A DNA stretch of 64,000 nt from an uncultured Solibacteraceae bacterium. GTDB lineage: Bacteria; Acidobacteriota; Terriglobia; Bryobacterales; Bryobacteraceae. The notes below the pieces were generated by a model that did no database searches, was not told the DNA's origin, and worked only from the letters and a program-made list of their open reading frames with translations. Each line of letters starts with the position of its first letter. The stretch's first letter is position 1. A program made the translations under genes and the position numbers. This document shows, one piece after another, positions 19,538-28,787 of the stretch. Where the stretch lies: positions 356,083-420,082 of the forward strand of contig CAWBUN010000010.1 in NCBI GenBank assembly GCA_963791985.1, given 5' to 3'.

Positions 19538-20266
19538 ATGGCCCAAAGACTGACGAATCAGGTAGTGGTAGTGGTGGGAGCGTCCAGCGGGATTGGGCGT
19601 GAGACGGCGATATTGTTTGCGCGCGAGGGTGCGCGGGTTATGGCGGCGGCGCGGCGCGAGGATCGCCTGAGCGGGCTCAAGAAGGAGCTTGCGGCCGAAG
19701 GTCACGCCATCGAGATCGCGATCGCGGATGCCTCGAAGGTCGGCGACATGGACCGCCTGATCGCGGACACGCGGAAGAAGCTGGGCGAGATCGACATTCT
19801 GGTGTACAACACCGGGACCAACGTGAAGGATCGCGCCTTGAAGCGGCTGACTCCGGCGATCTGGGACATGATGATCTCGGTGAACTTGAGCGGCGCGTAT
19901 TACGCGACGCAGGCGGTGCTGCCTTCAATGCGTGAGCGGAAGGCCGGGCACCTGATTTATGTGGCGTCGATCTCGGGGATCGTGCCGGATATCTCGGGCG
20001 CGGCCTACCAGGCGGCCAAGCGCGGGGTGGTGGGAATGGCGCACGCGGTGCGAGTGGAGGAGAAGGAGAACGGCATTCGCACGTGCGTGGTCTGTCCGGG
20101 ACTGGTGGATACGGAGATTCTCGAGAATCGGCCGGTGAAGCCTTCGGCCGAGACGCTGGCGATGGCGCTGCAGCCCGGGGATGTGGCGGAAGCGATCCTG
20201 GCGGTGGCCAAGATGCCGGCGCGCGTGACGGTGCCGGAGATGCAAGTCATGCCGACGTATTTGTAG
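19538..20266 (+). CDS. SDR-family oxidoreductase
   Basis: VVVVGASSGIGRE Rossmann motif. YQAAKRG (YxxxK) active site. Confidence 0.85.
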   Translation: MAQRLTNQVVVVVGASSGIGRETAILFAREGARVMAAARREDRLSGLKKELAAEGHAIEIAIADASKVGDMDRLIADTRKKLGEIDILVYNTGTNVKDRALKRLTPAIWDMMISVNLSGAYYATQAVLPSMRERKAGHLIYVASISGIVPDISGAAYQAAKRGVVGMAHAVRVEEKENGIRTCVVCPGLVDTEILENRPVKPSAETLAMALQPGDVAEAILAVAKMPARVTVPEMQVMPTYL

Positions 20267-20307
20267 GTAGGGAGGCAGCAAGCCGCAAGCTCGTATTCGT
20301 GCACGCT

Positions 20308-20350
20308 GGAGTTACGGCAGCAAGTGGACAGGCCGGGAGGCCTGTCCCAC
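20308..20350 (+). repeat. family-A hairpin repeat, full copy (GGAGTTACGGCAGCAAGTGGACAGGCCGGGAGGCCTGTCCCAC)
   Basis: Between the convergent SDR and AraC genes. Confidence 0.7.
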
Positions 20351-21157
20351 CTGGGTGCGGTATTGGACAGGGGAGACGCCGACGGCGCGTTTGAAAATGC
20401 GATGGAAGTGGCTGGGGGTGTTGAAGCCGGCGGCGGCGGCGATTTCGGCGACGGGGGTTTCGGATGCGGCCAGTTCGCGGCAGGCGAATTCGATGCGCAG
20501 GCTGCGCAGGTAATCGCCGACGGTGCAGTGATGGAAGCGGCGGAAGGTCTGGGCTACGTGGACCGGGTGGACGTTGGCGGCTTTGCCGATGGATGCCAGG
20601 GTAATGCGGCCGGCGAAGTTGGCGCGGACATACTCGCGGACGTCTTCGAGCCAGCGCGGAGGAGTTGACTCGGGGGTGCGGCGGATGCGCAGGAATTCTC
20701 CGGTGATCTCGAGCAGGAGGCCTTCGATGATGAGGCGCGAGGCATCGTCGCCGCTGAGGAATTCCCGATAGAGCTTGGCGCCGGACACGCGCAAGGAGCC
20801 GCGGTCGCAGGCGGAGGTGTGTACGCCGCCGGCCGCCAATTCGCAGACGCGCCTATACCAGGAAGGCTCGATTTCGACGATCAGGGAGCGGCCGCCCTCG
20901 CCGCCGAAGCGCTCCAGGTGCTCCTCGTGCGCGGCGTGGAAGAGCATGGTGGAAGGCGTGCACTCGTGGCGCCGGCCCTCGTGGAACTCTTCGTAGGAGC
21001 CGTCCAGCACCACGCAATAGAGCGGGCGTTCATGGGAATGCGCTGGGGTGGTGTAGCGCGCGGGATAGGCGCGCTCGCTGATCACAAAATCGCCGAGCGA
21101 TCGCGATTTGACGGTGCTTCCGAATAAACTCCCAAGTAAAAGCGGATCGCGGGTCAT
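20312..21157 (-). CDS. AraC-family transcriptional regulator (cupin N-domain plus AraC HTH)
   Basis: C-terminal HTH ...SHFHRIFKRAVGVSPVQYR. GGGAG upstream of the MTRDPLLL start. Divergent from the GRE-activase gene. Confidence 0.75.
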   Translation of the reverse strand: MTRDPLLLGSLFGSTVKSRSLGDFVISERAYPARYTTPAHSHERPLYCVVLDGSYEEFHEGRRHECTPSTMLFHAAHEEHLERFGGEGGRSLIVEIEPSWYRRVCELAAGGVHTSACDRGSLRVSGAKLYREFLSGDDASRLIIEGLLLEITGEFLRIRRTPESTPPRWLEDVREYVRANFAGRITLASIGKAANVHPVHVAQTFRRFHHCTVGDYLRSLRIEFACRELAASETPVAEIAAAAGFNTPSHFHRIFKRAVGVSPVQYRTQVGQASRPVHLLP

Positions 21158-21232
21158 CCCACGGGCTCCCGGCATTCGTTCAATTCTACTGCAAGAAGAG
21201 TGCTACTGTGATTTCAGAGTAAGAGGCCTTGT

Positions 21233-22144
21233 ATGTCGCAGTCCGATGCCACCGGCGTGGTATTTCACATCATGCGGTTCTCCGTGCACGACGGGCCGGG
21301 AATGCGGACCGCCGTGTTCTTGAAAGGCTGCCCGCTTTCGTGCTGGTGGTGCCACAACCCCGAGAGCCAGGAATTCGAACCCGAGGTACTGTACAGCGCC
21401 GAACAGTGCAGCCTATGCGGTGAGTGCATAGCGGCGTGTCCGCACCATGCGATCGAAAGAACGGCGGGCCGCATGACCGTGAACAGCGCCTGCGTGCGCT
21501 GCGCGACGTGCGTGGAGACATGCGGCCGAGAGGCGCGGAACGTAGCGGGGACGACGATGACGGCGGCGGAAGTGCTGGCGAAGATCGAGCGTGACGTGAT
21601 CTTCTTCGATCAATCCGGCGGCGGGGTCACCTTCACCGGAGGCGAGCCGCTCTGCCAACCGGAATTCCTGGAGGTGCTGCTGCGGGCGTGCCGGGAGCGG
21701 CGCATTCACACGGCGATCGAGACCTGCGGGGCGGCGCCGCGCGAGACGCTGCTACGCGCGGCGGGGCTGGCGGACCTGGTGCTCTACGACGTAAAGCTCA
21801 TCAACGAACGCCGGCACCGGCAGTACACCGGCGCGGGGAATCGGAACGTACTGGAGAATCTGCGTGCGCTGACTGCGCGGCACCGGGCGGTGATTGTCCG
21901 GGTGCCGGTGGTGCCGGGGATCAACGATTCGGCGGAGGACCGGCGGGAGTTGCGGGAGTTTCTGGCGGAGGCTGCGCCGCGGCAGGTGGAGTTGCTGCCA
22001 TACCACAGCACGGGAGCGGAGAAGTACCGGCGGCTGGGGCGGGAGTACCGGATGGAGCGCACGCCAGCGCCCGGCGATGCGGAGATGGCGGAGTTCACGG
22101 AAGAGTTGCGGGCGGCGGGGATAGCGGTGAAGGAGAGGTTATGA
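21233..22144 (+). CDS. glycyl-radical enzyme activating protein (radical SAM, with two ferredoxin-like clusters)
   Basis: CPLSCWWCHNPES (CxxxCxxC). CSLCGECIAACP and CVRCATCVETC cluster motifs. GGEPL SAM motif. AAGAGG RBS. Confidence 0.85.
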   Translation: MSQSDATGVVFHIMRFSVHDGPGMRTAVFLKGCPLSCWWCHNPESQEFEPEVLYSAEQCSLCGECIAACPHHAIERTAGRMTVNSACVRCATCVETCGREARNVAGTTMTAAEVLAKIERDVIFFDQSGGGVTFTGGEPLCQPEFLEVLLRACRERRIHTAIETCGAAPRETLLRAAGLADLVLYDVKLINERRHRQYTGAGNRNVLENLRALTARHRAVIVRVPVVPGINDSAEDRRELREFLAEAAPRQVELLPYHSTGAEKYRRLGREYRMERTPAPGDAEMAEFTEELRAAGIAVKERL

Positions 22145-24483
22145 ACGAGCGTGTGGCGAAGTTGCGCGAGTGCAGCCTGGAAACGCAGCCGTGGTTGAGC
22201 CTGGAGCGGGCGGAGTTGGTGACGGAGTTCTACCGGACGTGTAACCGGACGCTTTCGATTCCGGTACAGCGGGCGCGGTGCCTGGAGTTCCTGATGGAGC
22301 GAAAGGCGATCTGGATCGGCGAGGGGGAACTGATTGTCGGGGAGCGCGGTCCGGCCCCGAAAGGGACGCCCAGCTATCCGGAACTCTGCTGCCACAGCAT
22401 GGAGGATCTCGAGATTCTGCACACTCGGGCGAAGGTTAGTTACACGGTAAGCGAGGAGGCGCGGCGGGCGCAGGCGGAGAAGGTGATTCCGTACTGGAGC
22501 GGGGCTTCGATGCGCGACCGCATCTTCGCGGAAATGACGCAGGAGTGGAAGGACTGCTACGACGCCGGGATCTTCACCGAATTCATGGAACAGCGCGCGC
22601 CCGGCCACACCGTGCTGGGGGACGTGATCTATCGCAAGGGGCTGTTGGACCTGCAGGCAGAGGTCACGGACGCGCTCGGCAGGCTCGACCTGCTGAACGA
22701 TCCGGAGGCGTGGGACAAGCAGCAGGAGCTGAAGGCGATGTCGATTGCGGCGGACGCGGTGATGCGCTTCGCGCAGCGGCATGCGGACCTGGCGGGGCGG
22801 ATGGCGGACGAGGAGAAGGTGCCGGCGCGGCGGGCGGAATTGCACCGAATCGCGGAGGTCTGCCGGCGCGTACCGGCGCGGGCACCGCGTGATTTCCAGG
22901 AGGCGCTGCAGGCCTACTGGTTCGTGCACCTGGGCGTGATCACGGAGCTCAATACCTGGGATTCGTTCAGTCCGGGGAGGCTGGATCAGCACCTGGCGCC
23001 GTTCTACCGGACTGTGGACCGCGAATCCGCTCGCGAACTGCTGCAGTGTTTCTGGGTGAAGTTCAACAACCAGCCGGCGCCTCCGAAGGTAGGTGTGACG
23101 GCGGCGGAGAGCGGCACTTACACGGATTTCTGCAACATCAACACGGGCGGCGTGAAAGCGGATGGCAGCGACGGAGTCAACGAGGTCACGTACCTGATTC
23201 TGGAAGTGATCGACGAGATGCGGCTGCTGCAGCCGTCCTCGAATCTGCAATTGAGCAAGAAGAATCCCGACCGTTTTTTGAAGCGCGGCTTGGAGATTGT
23301 GCGAAAGGGTTGGGGACAGCCTTCGATTTTCAACGCCGATATGGTGGTGGAAGAGCTGCTACGGCAGGGGAAGACGCTCGAGGATGCGCGTCGCGGGGGC
23401 ACATCTGGATGCGTGGAGACGGGCGCGTTCGGCCGCGAGGCGTACATCCTGACGGGCTACTTCAACAGCGCCAAAGTCCTGGAAATCACATTGAATAACG
23501 GGTACGACGCGCGCACCGGAAAGCAGATCGGCGCGGTGACCGGCGACGCGCGCGAGTTCGCGAATTATCAGGAATTGTTCGATGCGTGCCGCCGGCAGCT
23601 GCGGCACTTCATCGATATTAAGATCCGTGGCAACCAGGTGATCGAGAGGTTGTACGCGAAGTACATGCCGGCGCCGTTTCTTTCGCTGCTGGTGGAGGAC
23701 TGCATCGCGAAGGGGCGGGACTACAACGACGGCGGACCGCGCTACAACACGACCTACATCATGAACACGGCGCCGGCGAGCGTGACCGACAGCCTGTCTG
23801 CGATCCGGCACCATGTGTTCGAGCGCAAGGCGGTGACGATGGACGAACTGCTGCGCGCGCTGGCGGCGGATTTCGAAGGCCATGAGACCCTGCGCCAGCG
23901 GCTGTGGAGCAAAACTCCGAAATTCGGCAATGACGACGATGCCGCGGACGGGATTCTGGCGCAGGTCTTCGACGCCTTCCACGACGAGATCAACGGAAGG
24001 CCGAACACGAAAGGCGGTAAGTATCGCGTGAACTATCTCTCGACGACGTGCCACGTGTATTTCGGTTCGGTGACAGGCGCGACGCCGGATGGGCGGCATG
24101 CATGGGAGCCTTTGAGCGACGGCATTTCGCCGGTGCAGGGCGCGGACCGGCTGGGTCCGACGGCGGTGATCCGGTCGGCGGCCAAACTGGATCACGCGCG
24201 TACGGGAGGCACGCTGCTCAATCAGAAATTCTGTCCGGAGCTGCTGGCAGGCGAGGAAGGGATCGAACGGCTGGCGCACCTGGTGCGGGCGTACTTCAAG
24301 CTCGACGGGCATCACATTCAGTTCAATGTGGTGACGGCGGAGACGCTGCGCGAGGCGCAGCGCGAACCGGAAAAGCACAGGGATTTGATTGTGAGAGTGG
24401 CGGGGTACAGCGATTATTTTCGGGATCTGACAACGGCACTGCAGGATGAAATCATTGCGCGGACGGAGCAGAAGGTGCTGTGA
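22141..24483 (+). CDS. glycyl radical enzyme, eliminase-type (dehydratase/lyase class), substrate unknown
   Basis: ATGA overlap with the activase stop. AGGAGAGG RBS. 780 aa. Cys loop GGTSGCVETG (Cys-x-Glu, not the Cys-Cys of PFL). C-terminal glycyl radical motif RVAGYSDYF. Confidence 0.85.
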   Translation: MNERVAKLRECSLETQPWLSLERAELVTEFYRTCNRTLSIPVQRARCLEFLMERKAIWIGEGELIVGERGPAPKGTPSYPELCCHSMEDLEILHTRAKVSYTVSEEARRAQAEKVIPYWSGASMRDRIFAEMTQEWKDCYDAGIFTEFMEQRAPGHTVLGDVIYRKGLLDLQAEVTDALGRLDLLNDPEAWDKQQELKAMSIAADAVMRFAQRHADLAGRMADEEKVPARRAELHRIAEVCRRVPARAPRDFQEALQAYWFVHLGVITELNTWDSFSPGRLDQHLAPFYRTVDRESARELLQCFWVKFNNQPAPPKVGVTAAESGTYTDFCNINTGGVKADGSDGVNEVTYLILEVIDEMRLLQPSSNLQLSKKNPDRFLKRGLEIVRKGWGQPSIFNADMVVEELLRQGKTLEDARRGGTSGCVETGAFGREAYILTGYFNSAKVLEITLNNGYDARTGKQIGAVTGDAREFANYQELFDACRRQLRHFIDIKIRGNQVIERLYAKYMPAPFLSLLVEDCIAKGRDYNDGGPRYNTTYIMNTAPASVTDSLSAIRHHVFERKAVTMDELLRALAADFEGHETLRQRLWSKTPKFGNDDDAADGILAQVFDAFHDEINGRPNTKGGKYRVNYLSTTCHVYFGSVTGATPDGRHAWEPLSDGISPVQGADRLGPTAVIRSAAKLDHARTGGTLLNQKFCPELLAGEEGIERLAHLVRAYFKLDGHHIQFNVVTAETLREAQREPEKHRDLIVRVAGYSDYFRDLTTALQDEIIARTEQKVL

Positions 24484-24512
24484 ATTGGGTGATTTATCGG
24501 GGGGCGGGGCAA

Positions 24513-24553
24513 GCCGGCTGAAAGCCGGCTGCAGGCAGGATTGCCTGCCCCAC
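24513..24553 (+). repeat. family-A' double hairpin (GCCGGCTGAAAGCCGGC + GGCAGGATTGCCTGCCCCAC)
   Basis: Second copy at 33064..33104 has compensatory stem changes (GGCAGCCACGATTGGCTGCCCCAC). Confidence 0.65.
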
Positions 24554-24618
24554 TCAGGCTGGCGGACGGCAGCGAATATCGGCGCGGCGGTATGGGACCG
24601 CCGCGCTCTGGGTTTAGG

Positions 24619-26757
24619 TTACTTCTCTCCGACGAAGTTGACGAGGATCTGGGTATCGGTTTCGACCGGCTGGCCGTTAAGCAGGGTGGGCTTGTAGCGC
24701 CACTGGCGGACGGCTTCGGCGGCGGCGTTGACCAACATCGGGTGACCGGAGACCACCTTCACGTTCTTGACGGTGCCGTCTTTGGTGATGGTGGCGTTAA
24801 GTGTGACCACTCCCTTGGCGCCGGTCTGCTTGGCGATCTTGGGATACTCGGCTTCCTTGCGGTAGACCAGCACGGCCTGCTGAATCTGTCCGCCGGGCTT
24901 GGCGTTGGAATTGGCGCTCGCAGGAGCGGCGGCGGCGGGGACGGGGGCGCTCGGCGGCCTGGCAGGCGCTATCGGCGCCGGGGCTACCGCGGTGGAGCTC
25001 ATGCCCGGGATGGCCGAGGCGAAGGAGTTACCGGAGCCACCAACGCTGGGAGCTTCGGGCATATCGGTATTGGCCGCGGGGCGGAGACGCTGCGAAAGCG
25101 AGTCGGACTGGAAGGGCTTGGAGGGACTGGCCAGCTTGGTGGGCGCTTCCGCCGGAGCTTCTTCGGCGGCAGGCGCGGCGGCAGCCGGGGCCTTGGTCTC
25201 CGCAGCGGGGGCCGGCTTAGTGGTTGCTGGCGCCGCCGCGGGCGTTCCGGGGGCCGGTTGAGTGTCGAGCGGCGAAGGACGGGTGCGCAGGACGCGGACG
25301 GATTCGCTGGCGGTCTTGGCGTTGGACTTGTCGATCACTTCCATCTTGAAGCTGGTATCGATGCTGGAAGGAGAGTAGACGATGCTGCCGTTGCGGAGTT
25401 GGGCCAGGTCCATTTCGACGTTTTCGTGCTGCTCGCCATCGGAGATGGAGAGAACGGCTTTGCTGGCATTCTTGATGACGTCGGCGTCGCGATTCCAGGT
25501 GATCAGAAGTTCGCCGGCGGTGCGTTCGACGCGGAGTTGCAGCGGGGAGGAATCCTGCGAGCTGCCGGCCACGGCTGGGGGCTTGGCGGTATGGTTGCGA
25601 AGGAAACCGGGGTAAACCCAGAGGGAGACGAAGAGGATGATGGTGGCAGCGGCGGCTACCAGAAGCTTCACGGTCTTGCCGCTCTTTTCAGGTGCGGGCG
25701 TCGTCAGGGAGACTGCGCCGACAGCGGCTTCCTTCTTCTCCTGTTTTTCAGGCTTGGCGGGCGCTTCGATCTTTTCGGCCTTCTCTAGCTTGTCGTTCTT
25801 TTCGATCTTCTCGGTCTTGGCGGATTTGCCGGACTTGTCGAGTTTGTCGGACTTGTCGGTTTTGTCGGACTTATCGAGTTTGTCGTTCTTCTCGCTCTTA
25901 TCGGTCTTTGCCGGCTTGGCCGATTTGTCTTCGGTTACGGCAGGTTTGGCTTCGACGGCTGGCGCGACGACAACGGCGGCGGCAGGGGCAGGGGCCGGAG
26001 CGGGGGGAGCGGGGGCAGGAGCCGCGGCGACGGGAGCGGGGGGCGGCTCTGGAGCCGAGGGTTGAGGAATCGAAATCTCGCGGCGCGAAGCGATGGGGAC
26101 GATTTGTCCGCGGGCGGGGGCCTTGGGACCCTGGGTGGCGCCGGCCTTGCTCTCGGGCGGCTCGGGAGGGGCAGTGCTGCCGGGTCCGAGTTCACTGGAG
26201 CGGAAAGGGAATTCCAAATAACTGGTATCGCCGTTTACCTTGCCGTTTTCCCAAATGAAAACGCCGCCGGTGCTGGCTTTGGTGGCGAAGGGCCGGACGA
26301 GAAGTGCGATCTGGTGAGGGTCGCGGAAGCGAGCCTCGAAGAATGCCAGGTCGTCAGCATCGAGAGCGAGGCCTTTGCGAGTCTGGCTACGGAAGTAGCC
26401 GGCAATGGAGGCGCCCCCGGCAAGATGCTGTTCGATGGCGCGCTCGAAGCGGCCCATATCGGCATCACTGAGGCGGTAGAGCGGGCCGCGGCTGTAGTCG
26501 CAGGGGATCAGTTCATAATCGGCGATGGAGACCACAAGGGGACTTCCGGGGATAACGCCGCCAACCAGAAGACCGCCGATTTCCGATCCTTTAGAAGTTA
26601 ACGAACGGAAGCTCTCTACCGCATCGCGCTCCAGCCGGTCGATCAGGCTGAAGGGAATGCGCACCGACACCGGTTTCTGCGGGACCTCCCAGAGGTAGAA
26701 GGGGGAGAGGGAAGTCTGCAGGTCGTAACGTTCTGCACGCGCCGTCGACTCAATCAT
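24619..26757 (-). CDS. TonB C-terminal-domain protein with roughly 200-aa N-terminal cytoplasmic domain, Pro/Ala- and K-S-D-K-rich spacers and one TM
   Basis: 712 aa. N-terminal domain (..EIGGLLVGG..). Low-complexity AP-rich and SAKPAKTDKSEKNDKLDKSDK repeats. TM LLVAAAATIILFVSLWVY. C-terminal TonB_C-like domain (...VKNVKVVSGHPMLVNAAAEAVRQWRYKPTLLNGQPVE...). Confidence 0.6.
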   Translation of the reverse strand: MIESTARAERYDLQTSLSPFYLWEVPQKPVSVRIPFSLIDRLERDAVESFRSLTSKGSEIGGLLVGGVIPGSPLVVSIADYELIPCDYSRGPLYRLSDADMGRFERAIEQHLAGGASIAGYFRSQTRKGLALDADDLAFFEARFRDPHQIALLVRPFATKASTGGVFIWENGKVNGDTSYLEFPFRSSELGPGSTAPPEPPESKAGATQGPKAPARGQIVPIASRREISIPQPSAPEPPPAPVAAAPAPAPPAPAPAPAAAVVVAPAVEAKPAVTEDKSAKPAKTDKSEKNDKLDKSDKTDKSDKLDKSGKSAKTEKIEKNDKLEKAEKIEAPAKPEKQEKKEAAVGAVSLTTPAPEKSGKTVKLLVAAAATIILFVSLWVYPGFLRNHTAKPPAVAGSSQDSSPLQLRVERTAGELLITWNRDADVIKNASKAVLSISDGEQHENVEMDLAQLRNGSIVYSPSSIDTSFKMEVIDKSNAKTASESVRVLRTRPSPLDTQPAPGTPAAAPATTKPAPAAETKAPAAAAPAAEEAPAEAPTKLASPSKPFQSDSLSQRLRPAANTDMPEAPSVGGSGNSFASAIPGMSSTAVAPAPIAPARPPSAPVPAAAAPASANSNAKPGGQIQQAVLVYRKEAEYPKIAKQTGAKGVVTLNATITKDGTVKNVKVVSGHPMLVNAAAEAVRQWRYKPTLLNGQPVETDTQILVNFVGEK

Positions 26758-26993
26758 CGAAGTCCTCCGCCGGTCCGTGCCTACGAAGACCAGCTCTGGT
26801 TGATTTTACTCAGAATTTTTCGATTTTGCGCACTTAATTTAAGGTATTTTACGATTTATATCAAATGCATCATTTTGGCTGATAACTATTGATAACAATG
26901 GGGCTTTTGGTACCATAACCTACGATATCATCCGAATACTGTCGCCATTTATCCTAGCAATTCCTGCGTTATTTACATATAATTAGCCCGAAA
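26758..26993. promoter_or_regulatory. AT-rich divergent promoter region
   Basis: 236 bp at roughly 35% GC in a roughly 64% GC background, lying between divergently transcribed genes. Multiple TTGACA/TATAAT-like hexamers. Confidence 0.4.
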
Positions 26994-28787
26994 ATGAGCG
27001 CAAAGAGCTGTCAACTGTGCGGCAAACCGCTCAGCCGGCTACGAGTAGGCGGCGACGGAGAGTTCTGCTCGCGCGAGCATCGCAACCAATACGGGCTGCG
27101 GCGCGGGATGGACCGTTTGCAGGAAGTGGACAAAGTGACGAACCTGATGCGGCGCCGCGAAACCCCGCGTCAGATTTCGCCGGCCCGGTTGATGTGCAAC
27201 ACTGCGCTCGGAACGCGAGGCTTCCTGCAGCCGCGAGCATACGGGGAGGGGGCGGAGCTGGCGCCGTTTGCGCCGATGTTCCGGATTCCGGAACCGCCGC
27301 GCCTCTCGAAGGTCGCGGAACGATATGTCGCGCCGCGCACCGCGAGATTCGAAGGCCTGATGCAGGTGCGGAGGGCGGACACGAGGCAACTGAGAATCAC
27401 GGGCCGGAATTCGTCCTTGGAATTTCCGACGCCGAAGCGGCGGTTGATCACGCAGATACCGCAGGCACCGATGGCGGGGCTACGCTGCACGGTGCCGGCG
27501 GCGGCGGCGACGCGCCGCAATTTCGCGCTGCTGCGGCAGACCGAAATCCGGGTGCACGCGGGCATGCCGCCGGCGAGTTTGCGGCAGATTGTTTTGCCGG
27601 GCACGACGGCGCTAGGCCGCAACCTGCCCAATCGCAAAGTAGGTGCGACGCCGCTGGAAGGCAACGCATTGCGCGTATCGATCGCTCTAGGATTCGGAGT
27701 CCCAGGCGTTAGCCGGAGAGTGTTCGTGACGCCGCCGGCGATGTCAACGGCGCTGGTGTGGCCGCGGACAGCGCACGGAGTGTGGCCGGAGACCAAGAAT
27801 ACAACGGCGCGGCCGCGCAGCCTGGCGGTGCGGATCACCAATCCGGAGACCTGCCTGCCGCCGGCGCGCGACGGCCAGCGCAGGGCGCAATTTATTTTTC
27901 CGGGACCGCTGCGGCCGGGAAAGCAGAAACCGCGCACCAGCGGGATGCCGCCGGCGCGGACGACGGACGTTTCATGGATTCTCTCCGACCCTCGTACGGG
28001 CGGGATCGGAATTCCGCCCACGTCGGCAGGCTTTGCGAAACGCAACGGAGTGCACCTTTGCAATTTGACGCTGGCGCCCACGACTACGAATCCGACGCCG
28101 CTGGTGGCGTTCCGGCCCTTCCTGCCGCAGGAGCCGGTGGGCTGCCCGATGGTGCCGTTCGAAGGAACCACGGCCGCCTCGATTATCACGGCTCCGGCAA
28201 ACGGGGGCACGGTGGTGGAGATGCCGACGGCCGAGGTAGCCGCGCCGGCCATCCAGATCCAGTTGGAGGAACATTTCGGTTCGGGCTGGGATAACTGGGA
28301 GGGCGGCACGAAGGACTGGCTGGTGGACGTGGCCGGAGTCCGCACCGGTTCGCTGGCGTTATTCGTGCCGACGATGGACCTGGTGGATTACGACCTGGAA
28401 TTTCTTGCGCGCATCGACACCAAGAGTTTGACCTGGGTGGTGCGGGCGACGGATTTGCAGGAATATATGCGCTGCACGCTGACGGCGATTCCGGGCGGAG
28501 AGCTGGAGTTCAGCCGCACGGTGGTGCGCAGCGGTGCCGGCGAGGAAACGGTGATCGCGCCGGTGCGGATTCCGGGCAAGCCGAGGGCTGCAATGACGGT
28601 TCGCACGCGCGTATCCGGGGACACATTTTCGGTGACCGTGGACGGCAAGGACATGGACACCTGGCAGGAAGACCGCCTCTACTGCGGCGGTATTGGTTTC
28701 ATGGGCGCGCATGACGACCGCGCCCGACTCTATTGGGTTAGGATCTCCTCTTCAGACAATATCGGCAAGGAGCATCAGAAGAAATGA
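26994..28787 (+). CDS. hypothetical protein with N-terminal zinc-ribbon-like motif
   Basis: CQLCGKPLSRL...CSREH at the N-terminus. Long Pro/Arg/Thr-rich middle. C-terminal beta-rich domain. Confidence 0.5.
   Translation: MSAKSCQLCGKPLSRLRVGGDGEFCSREHRNQYGLRRGMDRLQEVDKVTNLMRRRETPRQISPARLMCNTALGTRGFLQPRAYGEGAELAPFAPMFRIPEPPRLSKVAERYVAPRTARFEGLMQVRRADTRQLRITGRNSSLEFPTPKRRLITQIPQAPMAGLRCTVPAAAATRRNFALLRQTEIRVHAGMPPASLRQIVLPGTTALGRNLPNRKVGATPLEGNALRVSIALGFGVPGVSRRVFVTPPAMSTALVWPRTAHGVWPETKNTTARPRSLAVRITNPETCLPPARDGQRRAQFIFPGPLRPGKQKPRTSGMPPARTTDVSWILSDPRTGGIGIPPTSAGFAKRNGVHLCNLTLAPTTTNPTPLVAFRPFLPQEPVGCPMVPFEGTTAASIITAPANGGTVVEMPTAEVAAPAIQIQLEEHFGSGWDNWEGGTKDWLVDVAGVRTGSLALFVPTMDLVDYDLEFLARIDTKSLTWVVRATDLQEYMRCTLTAIPGGELEFSRTVVRSGAGEETVIAPVRIPGKPRAAMTVRTRVSGDTFSVTVDGKDMDTWQEDRLYCGGIGFMGAHDDRARLYWVRISSSDNIGKEHQKK

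Noticed and set aside
21688-22140. Long N-terminal extension of the GRE ORF (931 aa starting at 21688).
   Set aside because: The extension is in the same frame only by chance and is read through the 3' end of the activase gene. A strong RBS, ATGA coupling and homology begin at ATG 22141.
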